64,000 bases of DNA from Eledone cirrhosa. Lineage: Eukaryota. How positions within the stretch are numbered: position 1 is the first letter of the stretch; the number at the start of each line of letters is the position of its first letter. A program made the position numbers and the translations under genes. Of this stretch, positions 27,541 to 42,465 are shown piece by piece. The notes below the pieces were generated by a model, which saw only the letters and a list, made by a program, of their open reading frames with translations, had not been told where the DNA came from and searched no databases. The stretch is from assembly GCA_964016885.1 (NCBI GenBank), contig OZ024757.1:38564001-38628000 (forward strand), written 5' to 3'.

Positions 27541-27800
27541 CGGAAAAAATGAAACGAAATTTCATTTCTCACTCTTAGTACGGCTGTTACTCCTTTGTCG
27601 GGGTTGAACAAATGGGCAACGATGGTTGCTAGACACTGTACGGCTTAATTCAGGATTTTGTTTACAAACACACCGAGCATTATAATAAATGTTCGGTGAA
27701 TCCATACGTACATATATATATATGTGTGTGCATCTATGTATATATATATACATACTACTGTACGTCTGTATACATATATGTATGTACATATACATACTTA
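27541..27800 (+). mobile_element. TA-flanked TIR element, left TIR plus body (family also at 37555-37760 and 42530-42695)
   Basis: GGAAAAAATGAAACGAAATTTCATTTCTCACTCTTAGTACGGCTG is the reverse complement of the end at ~37705-37757; shared internal hairpin ACCGA.CATT-ATAATA-AATGTTCGGT. Confidence 0.65.
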
Positions 27801-28281
27801 TATATATATATATAACGGCGATGAATTAGTTTTGCGAGGTTTTTTATATGAAATCGTGTGTCGAAACAAATATTGTTATACTTGGGTAATCTGATTTGTT
27901 CGGTTCTCAGTGTTGCCATTGACTGGCCGACGGTCGAAAGTAGTACAGATGCAATGTAAACGCAAGCACATATATATAGTATATCAAAGTTCTTTCGTAT
28001 TATTTTTGACCGTTGGTCAGTCAATGGCAGCATTGAGGACCGAATAAATTAGATTACCGATATAAAAGACACAGAAGCGAAAACCAACTAAACAGTGAGT
28101 GTGTTCTGTTATTAATTCTGGCAATATTACACAAATATTACCCTCCCCTATATATATATATATATATATAGGGTGTTTCAAAATATGTAGACACACTTTG
28201 ATTTCATGTGCAGGGAATATTTATTAGAAAGGTGTTGAAGTGTGTACACGCACGCTCACATGCATGCATAAATGCATATAG

Positions 28282-28346
<65 letters not shown>

Positions 28347-29271
28347 ATATGTGTGTGTGTCTACAGTACATACATTACCTTACACAGCATGTCATATCTT
28401 CAGATAAAATGATTTTTTTTTTTTTTTTTTTCTAAAAAAAAAAAAAAATCAGAATTGGTAGAACTATTTGCCATATAAATATTTCTACGTGGGTGTTTAA
28501 CATACATCAAATATTCATAAAAAGAACGCATTGTCTGTCATTTTATGATACGACAGAGATCGTGGTGTTGTGAAATTAAATATAATCTTGTCGAAATTGT
28601 TGAATATAATTAGATCACAGTAGTGGGTCTACTGTATTGATATTTAAATACTAAACCATTTTGTGTCGGGGGGGGGGGGGGGGTTCCATATTATTCTTGC
28701 ATATATTTAATGTATCTAACGCAAATAATGTACTCTATTATTATAAAATTCTATCAAAATGGAGAGCATAAATTTTTAGTTTGTTTATTTTTTTCCATTT
28801 TTTATTTTTTTTATTTGTGGATATAATTTTCATGTTGGAAATAGTTTTCAGTGATTTCAATATCCTAATTGAATTTATATTTTAATGCATATAACTTTAT
28901 GTGCAGTCGGTCTGGGCATTTCTCTTTAATGCTAAGACCACAGAGAGTTTTTTAATATATATATATAAACATGGGCGTTGTATCTGAGATATATGCAATG
29001 TCGGATGATCAGAAATAATATGTGGAAAACCTCTTTAGGAATATTCCAAAGTCCTGGTTGGTATTTTCCTCCTCGGTCACCTTCAAATAGTTCCTACCTC
29101 ACACTATTACATCGACGACACTTCTCTATTGATTATAACATTGAAATTATTCTTTTAAACTAAACATATAGCCATGATCTGTTCTATGTAGAAATATATC
29201 AGTGATATCGTATTTATTAAAACATGGTTAAACTGATGTTGTTTGCTTGAAGTTTACGAATACACATATAT

Positions 29272-29450
29272 TTATTTCTACGTTTGGCACAAGGCCAGCA
29301 ATTATCTCAGTATATTACTGGTTCTTTATTTTCTTGACCCTGTAAGGATGAAAGGCAAAGTTAACCTCGGCAGGATTTAACGTAACTCAGGTCTGTAACT
29401 ATGCCACAAAGATGGGTGCTCGACGCTCTACCAATTTTGCCAATCCACTG
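29272..29450 (-). mobile_element. Family A SINE
   Basis: GGCACAAGGCCAGCAATT...GTAAGGATGAAAGGCAAAGTTAACCTCGGC...CGACGCTCTACCAATTTTGCCAAT. Confidence 0.85.
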
Positions 29451-30425
29451 TTTAAATGAGAACAATTCTTATTTGGCCAGTTGGATTTTAGATTTTCATT
29501 TTGATACAGAATCATAAGATATATTTTAGATTTGCTCAAATACCGTCTATTATATATTGTTAAAATATTTCTAAACTTTCGATACAAAACAGTATCTAAT
29601 CATTGCATTATTTCTATAAAACATTTCACTGTACTTACGTTCAGCATGTTAAAAAAAAATCTAATACAGAAGAAAAAAAAAGAGAGAGATAGAACAGAAC
29701 CAAATTGTGAATTGTATTCAAACTTTCGGTAATTCTATTTGATGTCAGATATAATAAGATTATATCCCAGTCTCATTCAATATATTTTTTTTGTCCAAAA
29801 AGATGCATGTTTTCCAGTATGAATTGAATTTCTGTAAAGATACCTGCTATGCTTTACAATATCGTCAAAAATCTTCGCCAATTTTCTGAAATTTCTTCAT
29901 TATCTGTTGGTGAACATGTGGCGTTAAATTTTTATGCATTTACAAAAAACCTTCTTTGTATTATTCTTGTCTCAGAAGATTTATAGAACATATATTCTCT
30001 CTGTTTCTCTTTCTATCTCTCTCTCTTTCTTTCTCTCTCTCTCTATCTCTTTCTTTCTCACTGTCTTTCTCTCTCTCTCTATCTTTCTCACTTTCTTTCT
30101 CATTATTTCTCTCGCACTTTCTTTCTCTTTCATTCTGTCGCACTTTCTTTCTCTTTCTTTCTTTCTCATTCTTTCTATCGCATTTTCTTTCTTTCTCTCG
30201 CACTTTCTTTTTCTTTCGCACTTTCTTTTTCTCTCGCACTTTCTTTCTTCCTCTCGCACTTTCTTTCTTCCTCTCGCACTTTCTCTCTCCCTCTAATTTT
30301 TTTTCTCTCTCTCACTTTTGCTCTCTAACTCTTTCATTTTCATCTCTTACATTTCATTCACACAATCTCTCTCTCTCTCTCGATCTCACTCTCTCTCTCA
30401 ATCTCACTGTCAATCTCAATCTCTC

Positions 30426-30460
<35 letters not shown>

Positions 30461-30992
30461 CTCACTCACTCTCTCTCACTCACTCTCTCACTCTCTCTCT
30501 CTCTCTCTCTCTCCACCCTCTCTCTCTCTCTCCACCCTCTCTCTCTCTCTGTATCACTCTCTCATTCTCCTCTCCCCTCTCTCCCCCTCTATCATTTATA
30601 TGTAACATAACACTAGTTGTTTATATGATTTGCTTTGTATATCGTAGGATATGAATAAATTATGGTCTGTATTAAATGTACATTGAGCTGTCTTTGATGA
30701 GGAACTTAATCCATATATATATATATATAAAATAATTAAGTCAAATATGCAAAATGATATATATATAACTAAACATTGCCTCCTGAGTTTTGTTTGTTAA
30801 TTTTCCAATAATATATTAAAATATATATATATATATATATATATATGTTAGTAAATACGAAGACATATTTATACTATTCCACTCGCATATAATATATATG
30901 TTGTGTCTTCGACCACTGATTCCAACACGCAGCGTTCTAGGCCATCACGTGACACCAGGGTGCCCAGCCATGGCACGCGCGACCTTGGAGTA

Positions 30993-31006
30993 GTTACCAT
31001 GGAGAC
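30993..31006. promoter_or_regulatory. RFX X-box motif, also at 31668, 34903, 35160, 35900, 36958 and 37416
   Basis: GTTACCATGGAGAC; its reverse complement GTCTCCATGGTAAC fits GTHNYYATRRNAAC. Type II copies read GTTACCATGGAGAT. Motif match only; function unproven. Confidence 0.45.
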
Positions 31007-31078
31007 AGCCGAGTTCTTTGAATTTACAGACAACTATGTCTGGGTTTCGGTGTTTTAACCAACTCACTGGGGCTGAGC

Positions 31079-31109
<31 letters not shown>

Positions 31110-31308
31110 CTCTCTCTCTCTCTATAATAGTATTGTTACCAACAGTTTTAACTGTGTAGTTAAACTTATAAATTATTATAAATATATAATTGAACATTAA
31201 ACAAGCTCAAAAGTTAAACTGCAGAGTCTGTAGCGGTAAAAAGAGTCGGTATTTAGCCATTTTAAATAAATAAATATTAAACTCTACTTCGGTATTGGAT
31301 ACTCTCAG

Positions 31309-31410
<102 letters not shown>

Positions 31411-31473
31411 TAACTCACACACACACACAGAGAGACACTAACACACACACAGACACTAACTCACACACACTCA

Positions 31474-31521
<48 letters not shown>

Positions 31522-31778
31522 TAACACACACAGAGACACTAACACACACGCACTCACAGACAGGCAGGCAGGCAGGCGCGCGCGCTCGCGCTTATTCCAA
31601 CAACCAGCGTTCTAGGCCAGCACGAGACACCTGCATTCCCAGTCATGGCACGCGCTACCTCGGAGTAGTTACCATGGAGATCTAGCCCAGCACAATCTCG
31701 TTCTTTACAGACAACTTAAAGACTGGGTTTGGTGTTTTTTAACCAACTCACTGGGCTCTGTGTGTATATATCTTCTTA

Positions 31779-32634
31779 TCTATATATATAAAACTGTGGT
31801 TGTCTGTCTGTCTATCGATTTTTGGCACACATCTCCTCTTAGAATCTCTCACGGAATTGCACCGAAATTGATATACTTGTACATTGAGCCCTAGCGAAGA
31901 CATCGGAAAAAAAAAATTTCAAATTGACCCACCCTATGTGACGAAATCGAATATAATGTATCGATTTTTGAGCGTAAGTTATCAGTTATTTCCCTTTGTT
32001 CTGTTTACATTGAGCGTCTTACGTAAATAATTACGCTGGCTTTCTCAGCGTTTAAAATGACATTAACAGTTGTCGAGCCAGCAAAATATTGACCTGCAAA
32101 ATTCATCAGTTCGAACACTAAACTTCCGTTTTGCTTCATTTCCATTTAAAAACATTTTAAAACAATATTTTTACTTGAAAACAAGTCTATTTAAAGACTA
32201 CGTAAAACAAGCAAATATTTCGTCGTTAGGCGTGCAGACAGACAGTCGTGCAGACAGACAGTCGTGCAGACAGACAGTCGTGCAGACAGACAGTCGTGCA
32301 GAGAGGTGATATAGGCGTGCAGACAGACATAACTGATAATTTGGTTACGCTAATGTTTTTCTCTGCGTTGCAGTGTTTACATTTTCGATCTTTGTTAATA
32401 AATAACCAGTGCAGTTTCTATCCCCAGCATCCTCTTTTGTTATAACATTCGGGTTATCGTTATGTTTTCTTAACTTCATAAGGCATATTGTTGGTTGAGG
32501 GAATATTAATCAAAAACACCACATGCAAGTCTGCACAGTAGACACTACAGTTTTTAAGCCAAGAAAGAAACTTAACATTGTAACTTTAACACAGCTACTG
32601 AGCGACCCCGAGCAACGCCGGGCTTTACTGCTAG
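31779..32634 (+). mobile_element. Complete non-autonomous Helitron
   Basis: A|TC start at 31779, subterminal (TGTC)n, 3' hairpin CCCGAGCAACGCCGGG at 32607-32622, CTAG|T end at 32634; internal 16-bp repeat GTGCAGACAGACAGTC about 4.5 times at 32232-32302. Confidence 0.88.
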
Positions 32635-32639
32635 TATAT

Positions 32640-33829
32640 ATATATATATATATAAAACTGTGGTTGTCTGTCTGTCTATCGATTTTTGGCACACATCTCC
32701 TCTTAGAATCTCTCACGGAATTGCACCGAAATTGCTAGACTTGTACATTGAGCCCTAGCGAAGACATCGGAAAAAAATATTTCAAATTGACCCGCCCTAT
32801 CTGACGAAATCGAATATAATGTATCGATTTTTGAGCGTAAGTGATCAGTTATTTCCCTTTGTTCTGTTTACATTGAGCGTCTGCGTGCAAAAATTAAAAA
32901 AATTACGCTGGCTTTCTCAGCGTTTAAAATGACATTAACACAATAATTTTTACTTGAAAACAAGTCTATTTAAAGACTACGTAAAACAAGCAAATATTTC
33001 GTAAAAAAAAGCAAAAATTATATAAGTTTATTTAAAATATATGTATCTGTAAATTTCGTTACGCGTGCAGTCAGTTTTATATATATAGATGATAAACAAT
33101 AATATCCTCTATGAGGTCACTAAACCTGCTAGAAACAGCAGCTAACTCTCCCTCATATCACACCACTCCCTACTGTCTTAAATTTAGAAAACACATATCC
33201 TCTATGAGGTTACTAAACCTGCTAGAAACAGCAGCTAACTCTCCCCCATATCATACCCCTCCCTACTGTCTTAAATTTAGAAAACATATCTTCTATGAGG
33301 TCACTAAACCTGCTAGAAACAGCAGCTAATTCTCCCTCATATCACACCCCTCCTACTGTCTTAAATTTAGAAAACATATCCTCTATGAGGTCACTAAACC
33401 TGCTAGAAACAGCAGCTAACTCTCCCCCATATCACACCCCTCTCTACTGTCTTAAATTTAGAAAACATATCTTCTATGAGGTCACTAAACCTGCTAGAAA
33501 CAACAGCTAACTCTCCCTCATATCACAACCCTCCCTACTGTCTTAAATTTAGAAAACACACAGACAACCATGCAGAACAACTCCATCGCAGCTCTGTTGT
33601 TCGGCTGGCATCGTCTACTCGCGTGTTGCGCAAGTACTGTGAAACAATAAATTTCAACACTTTTTTTGCACAGAGATAATATCCATAGGCGAAACTACAA
33701 TTGTCACTGCTGGCGCAGCTCATGCTTCCAGGTCTGCAATTCATTCACCCAGTGCCTGGCAGACAAAAAAGTGCTGCAATCTAACTTTGGTAACTTAATG
33801 ACCCCGAGCAACGCCGGGCTTTAATGCTA

Positions 33830-33830
<1 letters not shown>
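32640..33830 (+). mobile_element. Second, head-to-tail Helitron with captured sequence
   Basis: The first ~350 bp match the preceding copy; the same 3' hairpin and CTAG|T occur at 33827-33830; the interior differs. Confidence 0.8.
33102..33559 (+). repeat. Five tandem copies of a ~91-bp unit inside the Helitron
   Basis: ATGAGGT.ACTAAACCTGCTAGAAACA at 33111, 33204, 33295, 33385 and 33476. Confidence 0.95.
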
Positions 33831-33868
<38 letters not shown>

Positions 33869-34696
33869 CTCTCTCTCCTCTCCACCCTCTCGCTCCTCTC
33901 CACCCTCTCTCTCTCCTCTCCACCCTCTCTCTCTCTCCTCTCCACCCTCTCTCTCTCTCCTCTCCACCCTCTCTCTCTCTCTCTCCTCTCCACCCTCTCT
34001 CTCTCTCTCTCCTCTCCACCCTCTCTCTCTCTCTCTCCTCTCCACCCTCTCTCTCTCTCTCCTCTCCACCCTCTCTCTCTCTCTCTCCTCTCCACCCTCT
34101 CTCTCTCTCTCTCTCTCCTCTCCACCCTCGCTCACTCTCTCCTCTCCACACCCTCTCTCTCTCTCTCCTCTCCACACCCTCTCTCTCTCCTCTCCACACC
34201 CTCTCTCTCTCCTCTCCCCCCTCGCACCCCCCTCTCCCCCCCTCGTACCCCCCTCTCTCTCTCCACCCTCTCTCTCTCTCTCCACCCTCTCTCTCTCCAC
34301 CCTCTCTCTCTCCACCCTCTCTCTAGCCTCTCTACCCTCTCTCTCTAGCCTCTCTACCCTCTCTCTCTAGCCTCTCTACCCTCTCTCTCTAGCCTCTCTC
34401 TCTCTATCCACCCTCTCTCCTCCGTCTCTCTCCTGCTGGCCTTGCCAAAAGTAGAAACATTTATATGTAACAACATAACACTAGTTGTTTATATGATTTG
34501 CTTTGTATATCGTAGGATATGAATAAATTATGGTCTGTATTAAATGTACATTGAGCTGTCTTTGATGAGGAACTTAATTATTTTATATATAAATATATAT
34601 GGATTAAGTCAAATATGCAAAATGATATATATATAACTGTAAACATTGCCTCCTGAGTTTTGTTTGTTAATTTTCCAATAATATATTAAAATATAT

Positions 34697-34733
<37 letters not shown>

Positions 34734-34999
34734 AGTAAATACGAAGACATATTTATACTATTCCACACATATAATATATATGTTATGTCTTCGACCACTG
34801 ATTCCAACAACCAGCGTTCTAGGCCATCACGTGACACCAGGGTGCCCAGCCATGGCACGCGCGACCATGGAGTAGTTACCATGGAGTAGTTACCATGGAG
34901 TAGTTACCATGGAGACACAGCCGAGTTCTTTGAATATACAGACGACTACTTTAAGACTGGGTTATGGTGTTTTTTAACGAACTCACTGGGGCTGAGCAG

Positions 35000-35039
<40 letters not shown>

Positions 35040-35745
35040 CTCCCTCTCGCTCTCTATATATATATCAACATATATATTATCTCTCTCTCTCTCAACCAGC
35101 GTTCTAGGCCAGCACGAGACACCTGCGTTCCCAGTCATGGCACGCGCTACCTCGGAGTAGTTACCATGGAGATCTAGCCCAGCAAAATCTCGTTCTTTAC
35201 AGACAACTTAAAGACTGGGTTTTTCGTGTTTTTTAACAAATTCACTGGGCTGAGTGTATATATATATATATATATATTATCTCTCTCTCTCTCACCTCTC
35301 TCTCTATATATATACATGTATGTGTGTGTGTATGTATATATATATATATATAAGCTAGAGAGAGAATGGTTAATAAGAATGTGGGAGAGAGAGAGAATAT
35401 TGTTTGAAATAAGGGAGGGAGAATATAGAGAAAAAGACGTGGAGACTATATTCATATTCATTTATTTAATAGTTTTAACTGTGTAGTTAAATATATACAA
35501 GACTAGTAAAATAAATTATTCTAAATATATAATTGAACAAAATCAAAAGTTAAACTGCAGAGTCTGTAGCGGTAAAAAGAGTCGGTATTTAGCCATTTTA
35601 AATAAATCTTATTAAACTCTATTTCGGTATTGGATACTCTCAGCCACACACACACACACACAGAGACACTAACACTAACACCCACACACTAACACTAACA
35701 CAGAGACACTAACACACACACACACTAACACACACGGAGAGACAC

Positions 35746-35802
<57 letters not shown>

Positions 35803-37055
35803 GACAGACACGCGCGCTCGCGCTTATTCCAACAACCAGCGTTCTAGGCCAGCACGAGCCACCTGCGTTCCCAGTCATGGCACGCGCTACCTCGGAGTAG
35901 TTACCATGGAGATCTAGCCCAGCACAATCTCGTTCTTTACAGACAACTTAAAGACTGGGTTTGGTGTTTTTTAACAAACTTACTGGACTGTGTATATATA
36001 TTATCTCCACCCCCCCCCCCCCCCCCTCTCTCTCCTCTCCACCCTCTCTCTCCTCTCCACCCTCTCTCTCTCCTCTCTCTCTCTCCTCTCTCTCTCCTCT
36101 CCACCCTCTCTCTCCTCTCTCTCCTCTCCACCCTCTCTCTCTCTCTCTCTCTCCTCTCCACCCTCTCTCTCTCTCTCCTCTCCACCCTCTCTCTCTCTCT
36201 CTCTCTCCTCTCCACCCTCTCTATCTCTCTCTCTCCTCTCCACCCTCTCTATCTCTCTCTCTCCTCTCCACCCTCTCTCTCTCTCCTCTCCACCCTCTCT
36301 CTCTCTCCTCTCCACCCTCTCTCTCTCTCTCCTCTCCACCCCTCTCTCTCTCTCCTCTCCACCCTCTCTCTCTCTCTCCTCTCCACCCTCTCAACCCTCT
36401 CTCTCTCTCTCAACCCTCTCTCTCTCTCTCTCTCAACCCTCTCTCTCTCTCTCTCTCTCTCAACCCTCTCTCTCTCTCTCTCTCAACTCTCTCTCTCAAC
36501 CCCCTCTCCTCTCTCTCCACCCTCTCTCTCCTGCTGGCCTTGCCAAAAGTAGAAACATTTATATGTAACAACATAACACTAGTTGTTTATATGATTTGCT
36601 TTGTATATCGTAGGATATGAATAAATTATGCTCTGTATTAAATGTACATTGAGCTGTCTTTGATGAGGAACTTAATCCATATTTATATATATATATAAAA
36701 TAATTAAGTCAAATATGCAAAATGATATATATATAACTGTAAACATTGCCTCCTGAGTTTTGTTTGTTAATTTTCCAATAATATATTAAAATATATAAAA
36801 TATATATATATATGTTAGTAAATACGAAGACATATTTATACTATTCCACACATATAATATATATGTTATGTCTTCGACCACTGATTCCTACAACCAGCGT
36901 TCTAGGCCATCACGTGACACCTGCGTTCTCAGCCATGGCACGCGCGGCCTTGGAGTAGTTACCATGGAGACACAGCCGAGTTCTTTGAATTTACAGACGA
37001 CTACTTTAAGACTGGGTTATGGTGTTTTTTAACCAACTCACTGGGGCTGAGCAGC

Positions 37056-37086
<31 letters not shown>

Positions 37087-37509
37087 ATCTCTCTCTCTCT
37101 TTCTCTCTCTCTCTCTATAATAGTATTGTTACCAACAGTTTTAACTGTGTAGTTAAACTTATAAATTATTATAAATATATAATTGAACATTAAACAAGCT
37201 CAAAAGTTAAACTGCAGAGTCTGTAGCGGGAAAAAGACTCCGTACTAAGCCATTTTAAATAAATCTTATTAGACACTACTTCGACACACACCACACACCA
37301 CACACCACATGCACACATACAGGCAGACACACACAGACACAGACTGGCACGCGCGCTCGCGCTGATTCCAAAGATCACCGTTTCCTGTCAAGGCACGCGC
37401 AACAACCTTGGAGTAGTTACCATGGAGATCTAGCCCAGCACAATCTCGTTTTTTTAGTTTACAGAAGACTGGCTTATGGTGTTTTTCAACAAACTCACTG
37501 GGGCTGAGC

Positions 37510-37562
<53 letters not shown>

Positions 37563-38477
37563 TTACAAACAAACCGAACATTATAATAAATGTTCGGTAA
37601 ATCCATACGTACATATATATATATATGTGTGCATGTATGTATATATATACATACTACTGTACGTCTGTATACATATATGTATGTACGTATACATACTATA
37701 TTTAAGTATCAGCCGTACTAAGAGTAGGAAATGGAATTTCATTTCATTTTTTCCATTTATATATATACATACATATATATATATATATATACATACATAT
37801 ATATATATATATATACATACATATATATATATATATATGTATATTATTTCTCTCTCTCTTTCTCTCTCTTTCTCCCTCTCTCTTTCTCTCTCTCTCTTTC
37901 TCTCTCATAGTCTTGTTAGCGGCAGTTTTAACTGTGTAGTTAGATTTATACAACACTAGTAAAATAAATGATGATATAAATAACATTAGACTAGATCAAA
38001 TGTTCAACTGCCGAGCCTGTACCGATAAAAAAGACTCCGTACTTAGCCATATTGAATAAATATTATTAATCTCTACTTCTTTTCCCTTGTCTCCTAATGA
38101 CACATACATATATACAGACACACACACATACATATATACAGACACACACATATACATATATACAGACACACACACATATCCAGAGGCAGATACATAGACA
38201 GGCACGCGCGCTCGCGCTGATTCCAACAGCCAGCGTTCCCAGTGATGGCTCGCCATGCAGATCTAACCAAGCACAGTCTCGTTCTTTGAATTTAAAGACT
38301 TGGTTTTTGTTGTTTTAACCAACTGAATGAGATAGAAATTATATATATGCAGAGGTTATATTTAATTTGTTGGGATTCAACAAGCTTAAACATTTTTATA
38401 ACTGATATGAAGCCCTCAAGGAAGCTCCAACCGTTAAGGTTGTCTTTTTTCAGGGTATGTCAATATTTATTTATTGT

Positions 38478-38541
38478 ATTTTATCTGATGAAAGCGCACC
38501 ATAATTTGCCATGGTGGCCTTTGAAATATGTATAATAAAAT
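38478..38541 (+). ncRNA. Minimal type I hammerhead motif in a PLE pseudo-LTR remnant (~38348-38590)
   Basis: ATTTTAT-CTGATGA-AAGCGCACCAT(AATTTGCC)ATGGTGGCCTTT-GAAA-T-ATGT-A-TA/ATAAAAT; perfect 7-bp stem I; donor-like CAGGGTATGT upstream. Confidence 0.7.
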
Positions 38542-38690
38542 AAATATGGTTTTTATAAATATAGTTTCCATTTGTTAATATATTGTATATATATATATAT
38601 ATATATATACTTTTCCCATCTTGACGTTATAGTCGCATATATGTTATAGAATGCCGTTAGCTTCTTGCTAAAACAATCTCTATACCTCTC

Positions 38691-38741
<51 letters not shown>

Positions 38742-38994
38742 CTATCGATCTATAAGCGTATAGGTTTAAATAAACCTTATTAAACACTATGTCGGTATTA
38801 AATACTCTTTTCACTTGTCTCTCTCCTCGCCCCCCCCCCCCCCCCCCCAACAAACAGAGTTAATAGATAGAGTAATGGTAGTTAATACAATGACACACCC
38901 TGATTCTTTGAATTTGCAGGCGAGATAGGTAAGACTGATATTTGTTGATTTAACCAACTGAGTGGGGGGGAGTGTATATACATATGTATACATT

Positions 38995-40074
38995 CTCCCT
39001 CCCTCTCTCCCTCTCTCCTTCCCTCTCTCCTTCCCTCTCTCTCTCCCTCTCTCTCTCTCTCTCTTCCCTCTCCCTCCCTCCCCTCCTCTCCTCTCTTCCC
39101 TCTCCCTCCCCTCTTCCCTCTCCCTCCCTCCCCTCTCTCTCTCTCCAAGCATCCCTCTATCCCTCCATCCCTCTATCCCTCCATTCCCCCTCTCTCTTTC
39201 CCTCCCTTTCTCTCTCTCTCCCCCCTCTCCTCCCTCCTCTCTCCTCTCCCCCCTCCTCTCTCCCCCCTCCTCCCTCCTCTCCCCCCTCCTCTCTCATCCC
39301 TCCTCCCCCTCCTCCTCCCTCCTCTCCCCTCCTCCTCCCTCTCCCTCTTCCCTCCTCCTCCCTCTCCCTCTTCCCTCCTCCCTCTTCCCTCCTCTTCCCT
39401 CTTCCCTCCTCCCTCTTCCCTCCTCCCTCTTCTCTCCTCCTCCCTCTTCTCTCCTCCTCCCTCTTCTCTCCTCTCCTCTCCCTCTCCTCTTCCCTCTTCT
39501 CTCCTCCTCCCTCTTCTCTCCTCGCTCTCCAAGCATCCCTCTCTCCCTCCCTCCCCTCCCCCTCCCCCTCTCTCCCTCCATCCCCCTCTCCCTCCATCCC
39601 CCCCTCTCTCTTTCCATCCTCCCCCTCTCTCCATCCCCCATTTCTCTCCTCTCTCTCTCCTCTTCCCTCCCCCCTCTCTCTCTCTCTCCTCTTCCCTCCT
39701 CTCCTCCCCCTCTCCTCTCCTCTCCCCTCCTCTCTCCCCTCCCTCTCCTCTCTTACTTTACCTCTCCGTCCCCTCCCCCTCCCTCTCTCCATCTCCTCTC
39801 CCTCCCCCCCCCCTCTCTCCATCTCCTCTCCTCCCCCTCTCTCCTCTCTCTCTCCTCTCCCTCTCTCCATCTCTTCTCCTCCCCCCTCTCTCCTCTCTCT
39901 CTCCTCTCCCTCCTCCTCCCTCCTCCTCACTCTTCCCCTCTCCTCTCTCCTCCCTCTCCCCCTTTCTCCCCCTCTTCCCTCCTCCCTCTTCTCTTCTCTC
40001 CCCTCTCTTCCTCCCCCCCTTCCCTCTATTCCTCTCCCCCTCTCCTCTCCTTCCCTCCCTCTCTCTTTAGCTTT
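38995..40074. repeat. C/T-rich polypyrimidine tract running into the gap
   Basis: Direct reading of the sequence. Confidence 0.95.
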
Positions 40075-40274
40075 NNNNNNNNNNNNNNNNNNNNNNNNNN
40101 NNNNNNNNNNNNNNNNNNNNNNNNNNNNNNNNNNNNNNNNNNNNNNNNNNNNNNNNNNNNNNNNNNNNNNNNNNNNNNNNNNNNNNNNNNNNNNNNNNNN
40201 NNNNNNNNNNNNNNNNNNNNNNNNNNNNNNNNNNNNNNNNNNNNNNNNNNNNNNNNNNNNNNNNNNNNNNNNNN
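40075..40274. other. Assembly gap (200 N)
   Basis: Fixed-size N run; contiguity across it is not assured. Confidence 1.
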
Positions 40275-40463
40275 ATTTATGTATATATTTATATATATTT
40301 ATGTATATATATTTATGTATATTATATTTATGTATATATTTATGTATATATATTTATGTATATATTTATATATATATATTTATGTATATATATTTATATA
40401 TATTATATTTATATATATTTATGTATATATTTATATATATTTATGTATATATATATATTTATG

Positions 40464-40536
<73 letters not shown>

Positions 40537-40600
40537 TTATGTATATATATATATTTATGTATATATAATCTATTTATGTATATATATATATATTTATGTA

Positions 40601-40635
<35 letters not shown>

Positions 40636-40944
40636 TATGTATATAATACATATATATATGATATATATATATTATATATGATTATATATATATAAATATA
40701 TATATATACATATAATATGATTATATATATATACATATATATATGTATATATATATATATATATGTGATATTGAATATCTATATATATGTATATATATAT
40801 ATATATATTATATAGGAATATCTCTATATATATATATATGAATATATATAGTAATATATATATATATGTATATGAATATCTATATATATATATATATGAA
40901 TATATATATATACATATATATATGTATATATACATATATATATG

Positions 40945-40978
<34 letters not shown>

Positions 40979-41047
40979 ATATATGTATATATGAATATCT
41001 ATATATATATATATATGAATATATATATATACATATTCATATATACA

Positions 41048-41078
<31 letters not shown>

Positions 41079-41297
41079 GTATATATATATATATATGTAT
41101 ATATGAATATAATTATATATATTATATATGAATATATATATATATATATATGAATATATATATATATATATATGTATATATGAATATATATGAATATATA
41201 TATATATGAATATATATGAATATATATATATATATGAATATATATGAATATATATATATATATATATATGTATATATGAATATATATATATATATGA

Positions 41298-41331
<34 letters not shown>

Positions 41332-41334
41332 GTG

Positions 41335-41374
<40 letters not shown>

Positions 41375-41438
41375 TGAATATATATATATATATGAATATA
41401 TATATATATATGTATATATGAATATATATATATATATG

Positions 41439-41472
<34 letters not shown>

Positions 41473-41475
41473 GTG

Positions 41476-41515
<40 letters not shown>

Positions 41516-41536
41516 TGAATATATATATATATATGA

Positions 41537-41571
<35 letters not shown>

Positions 41572-41748
41572 ATATATTCATATATATATATATATATTCA
41601 TATATATATATATATATATATATTCATATATATATATATATATATATTCATATATATATATATATATATTCATATATATATATATAATATATATTCATAT
41701 ATATATATATATATATATATTCATATATATATATATATATATATATTC

Positions 41749-41799
<51 letters not shown>

Positions 41800-42015
41800 T
41801 CATATATATATATATATATATATATATTCATATATATATATATATATATATACTTCATATATACTATATATATATATTCATATATATATAAATATTCATA
41901 TATATATAGTATATATTATATATTCATATATATATATATATATTCATATATATATATATATATATATTCATATATATATATATATATATATTCATATATA
42001 TATATATATATTATA

Positions 42016-42051
<36 letters not shown>

Positions 42052-42087
42052 TATATATATATATATATATTCATATATATATATAAT

Positions 42088-42120
<33 letters not shown>

Positions 42121-42407
42121 GAACATATATATATGATATATATATATGAATATATATATATGAATATATATATATGAATATATATATATTGAATATATAT
42201 ATATGAATATATATATATATATATATGAATATATATATATATATGAATATATATATATATATATATATATATGAATATATATATATATATAATATATATG
42301 AATATATATATATATATATATATATGAATATATATATATATGAATATATATATATATATATATATGAATATATGAATATATATATATATATATGAATATA
42401 TATATAT

Positions 42408-42443
<36 letters not shown>

Positions 42444-42465
42444 TATATATATATATATATATATA

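Noticed and set aside
30969-31060. Small protein from the Kozak ATGs in the cassette
   Set aside because: The first ATG stops after 7 codons; the frame after the second ATG differs among copies and closes within about 20 codons in those translated
33111-33679. Repeating peptide MRSLNLLETAANSP
   Set aside because: Unit lengths of 90-93 bp shift the frame between copies; a non-coding tandem repeat
38962-40695. ORFs and continuity across the N gap
   Set aside because: The 200-N placeholder means frame and distance across it are unknown
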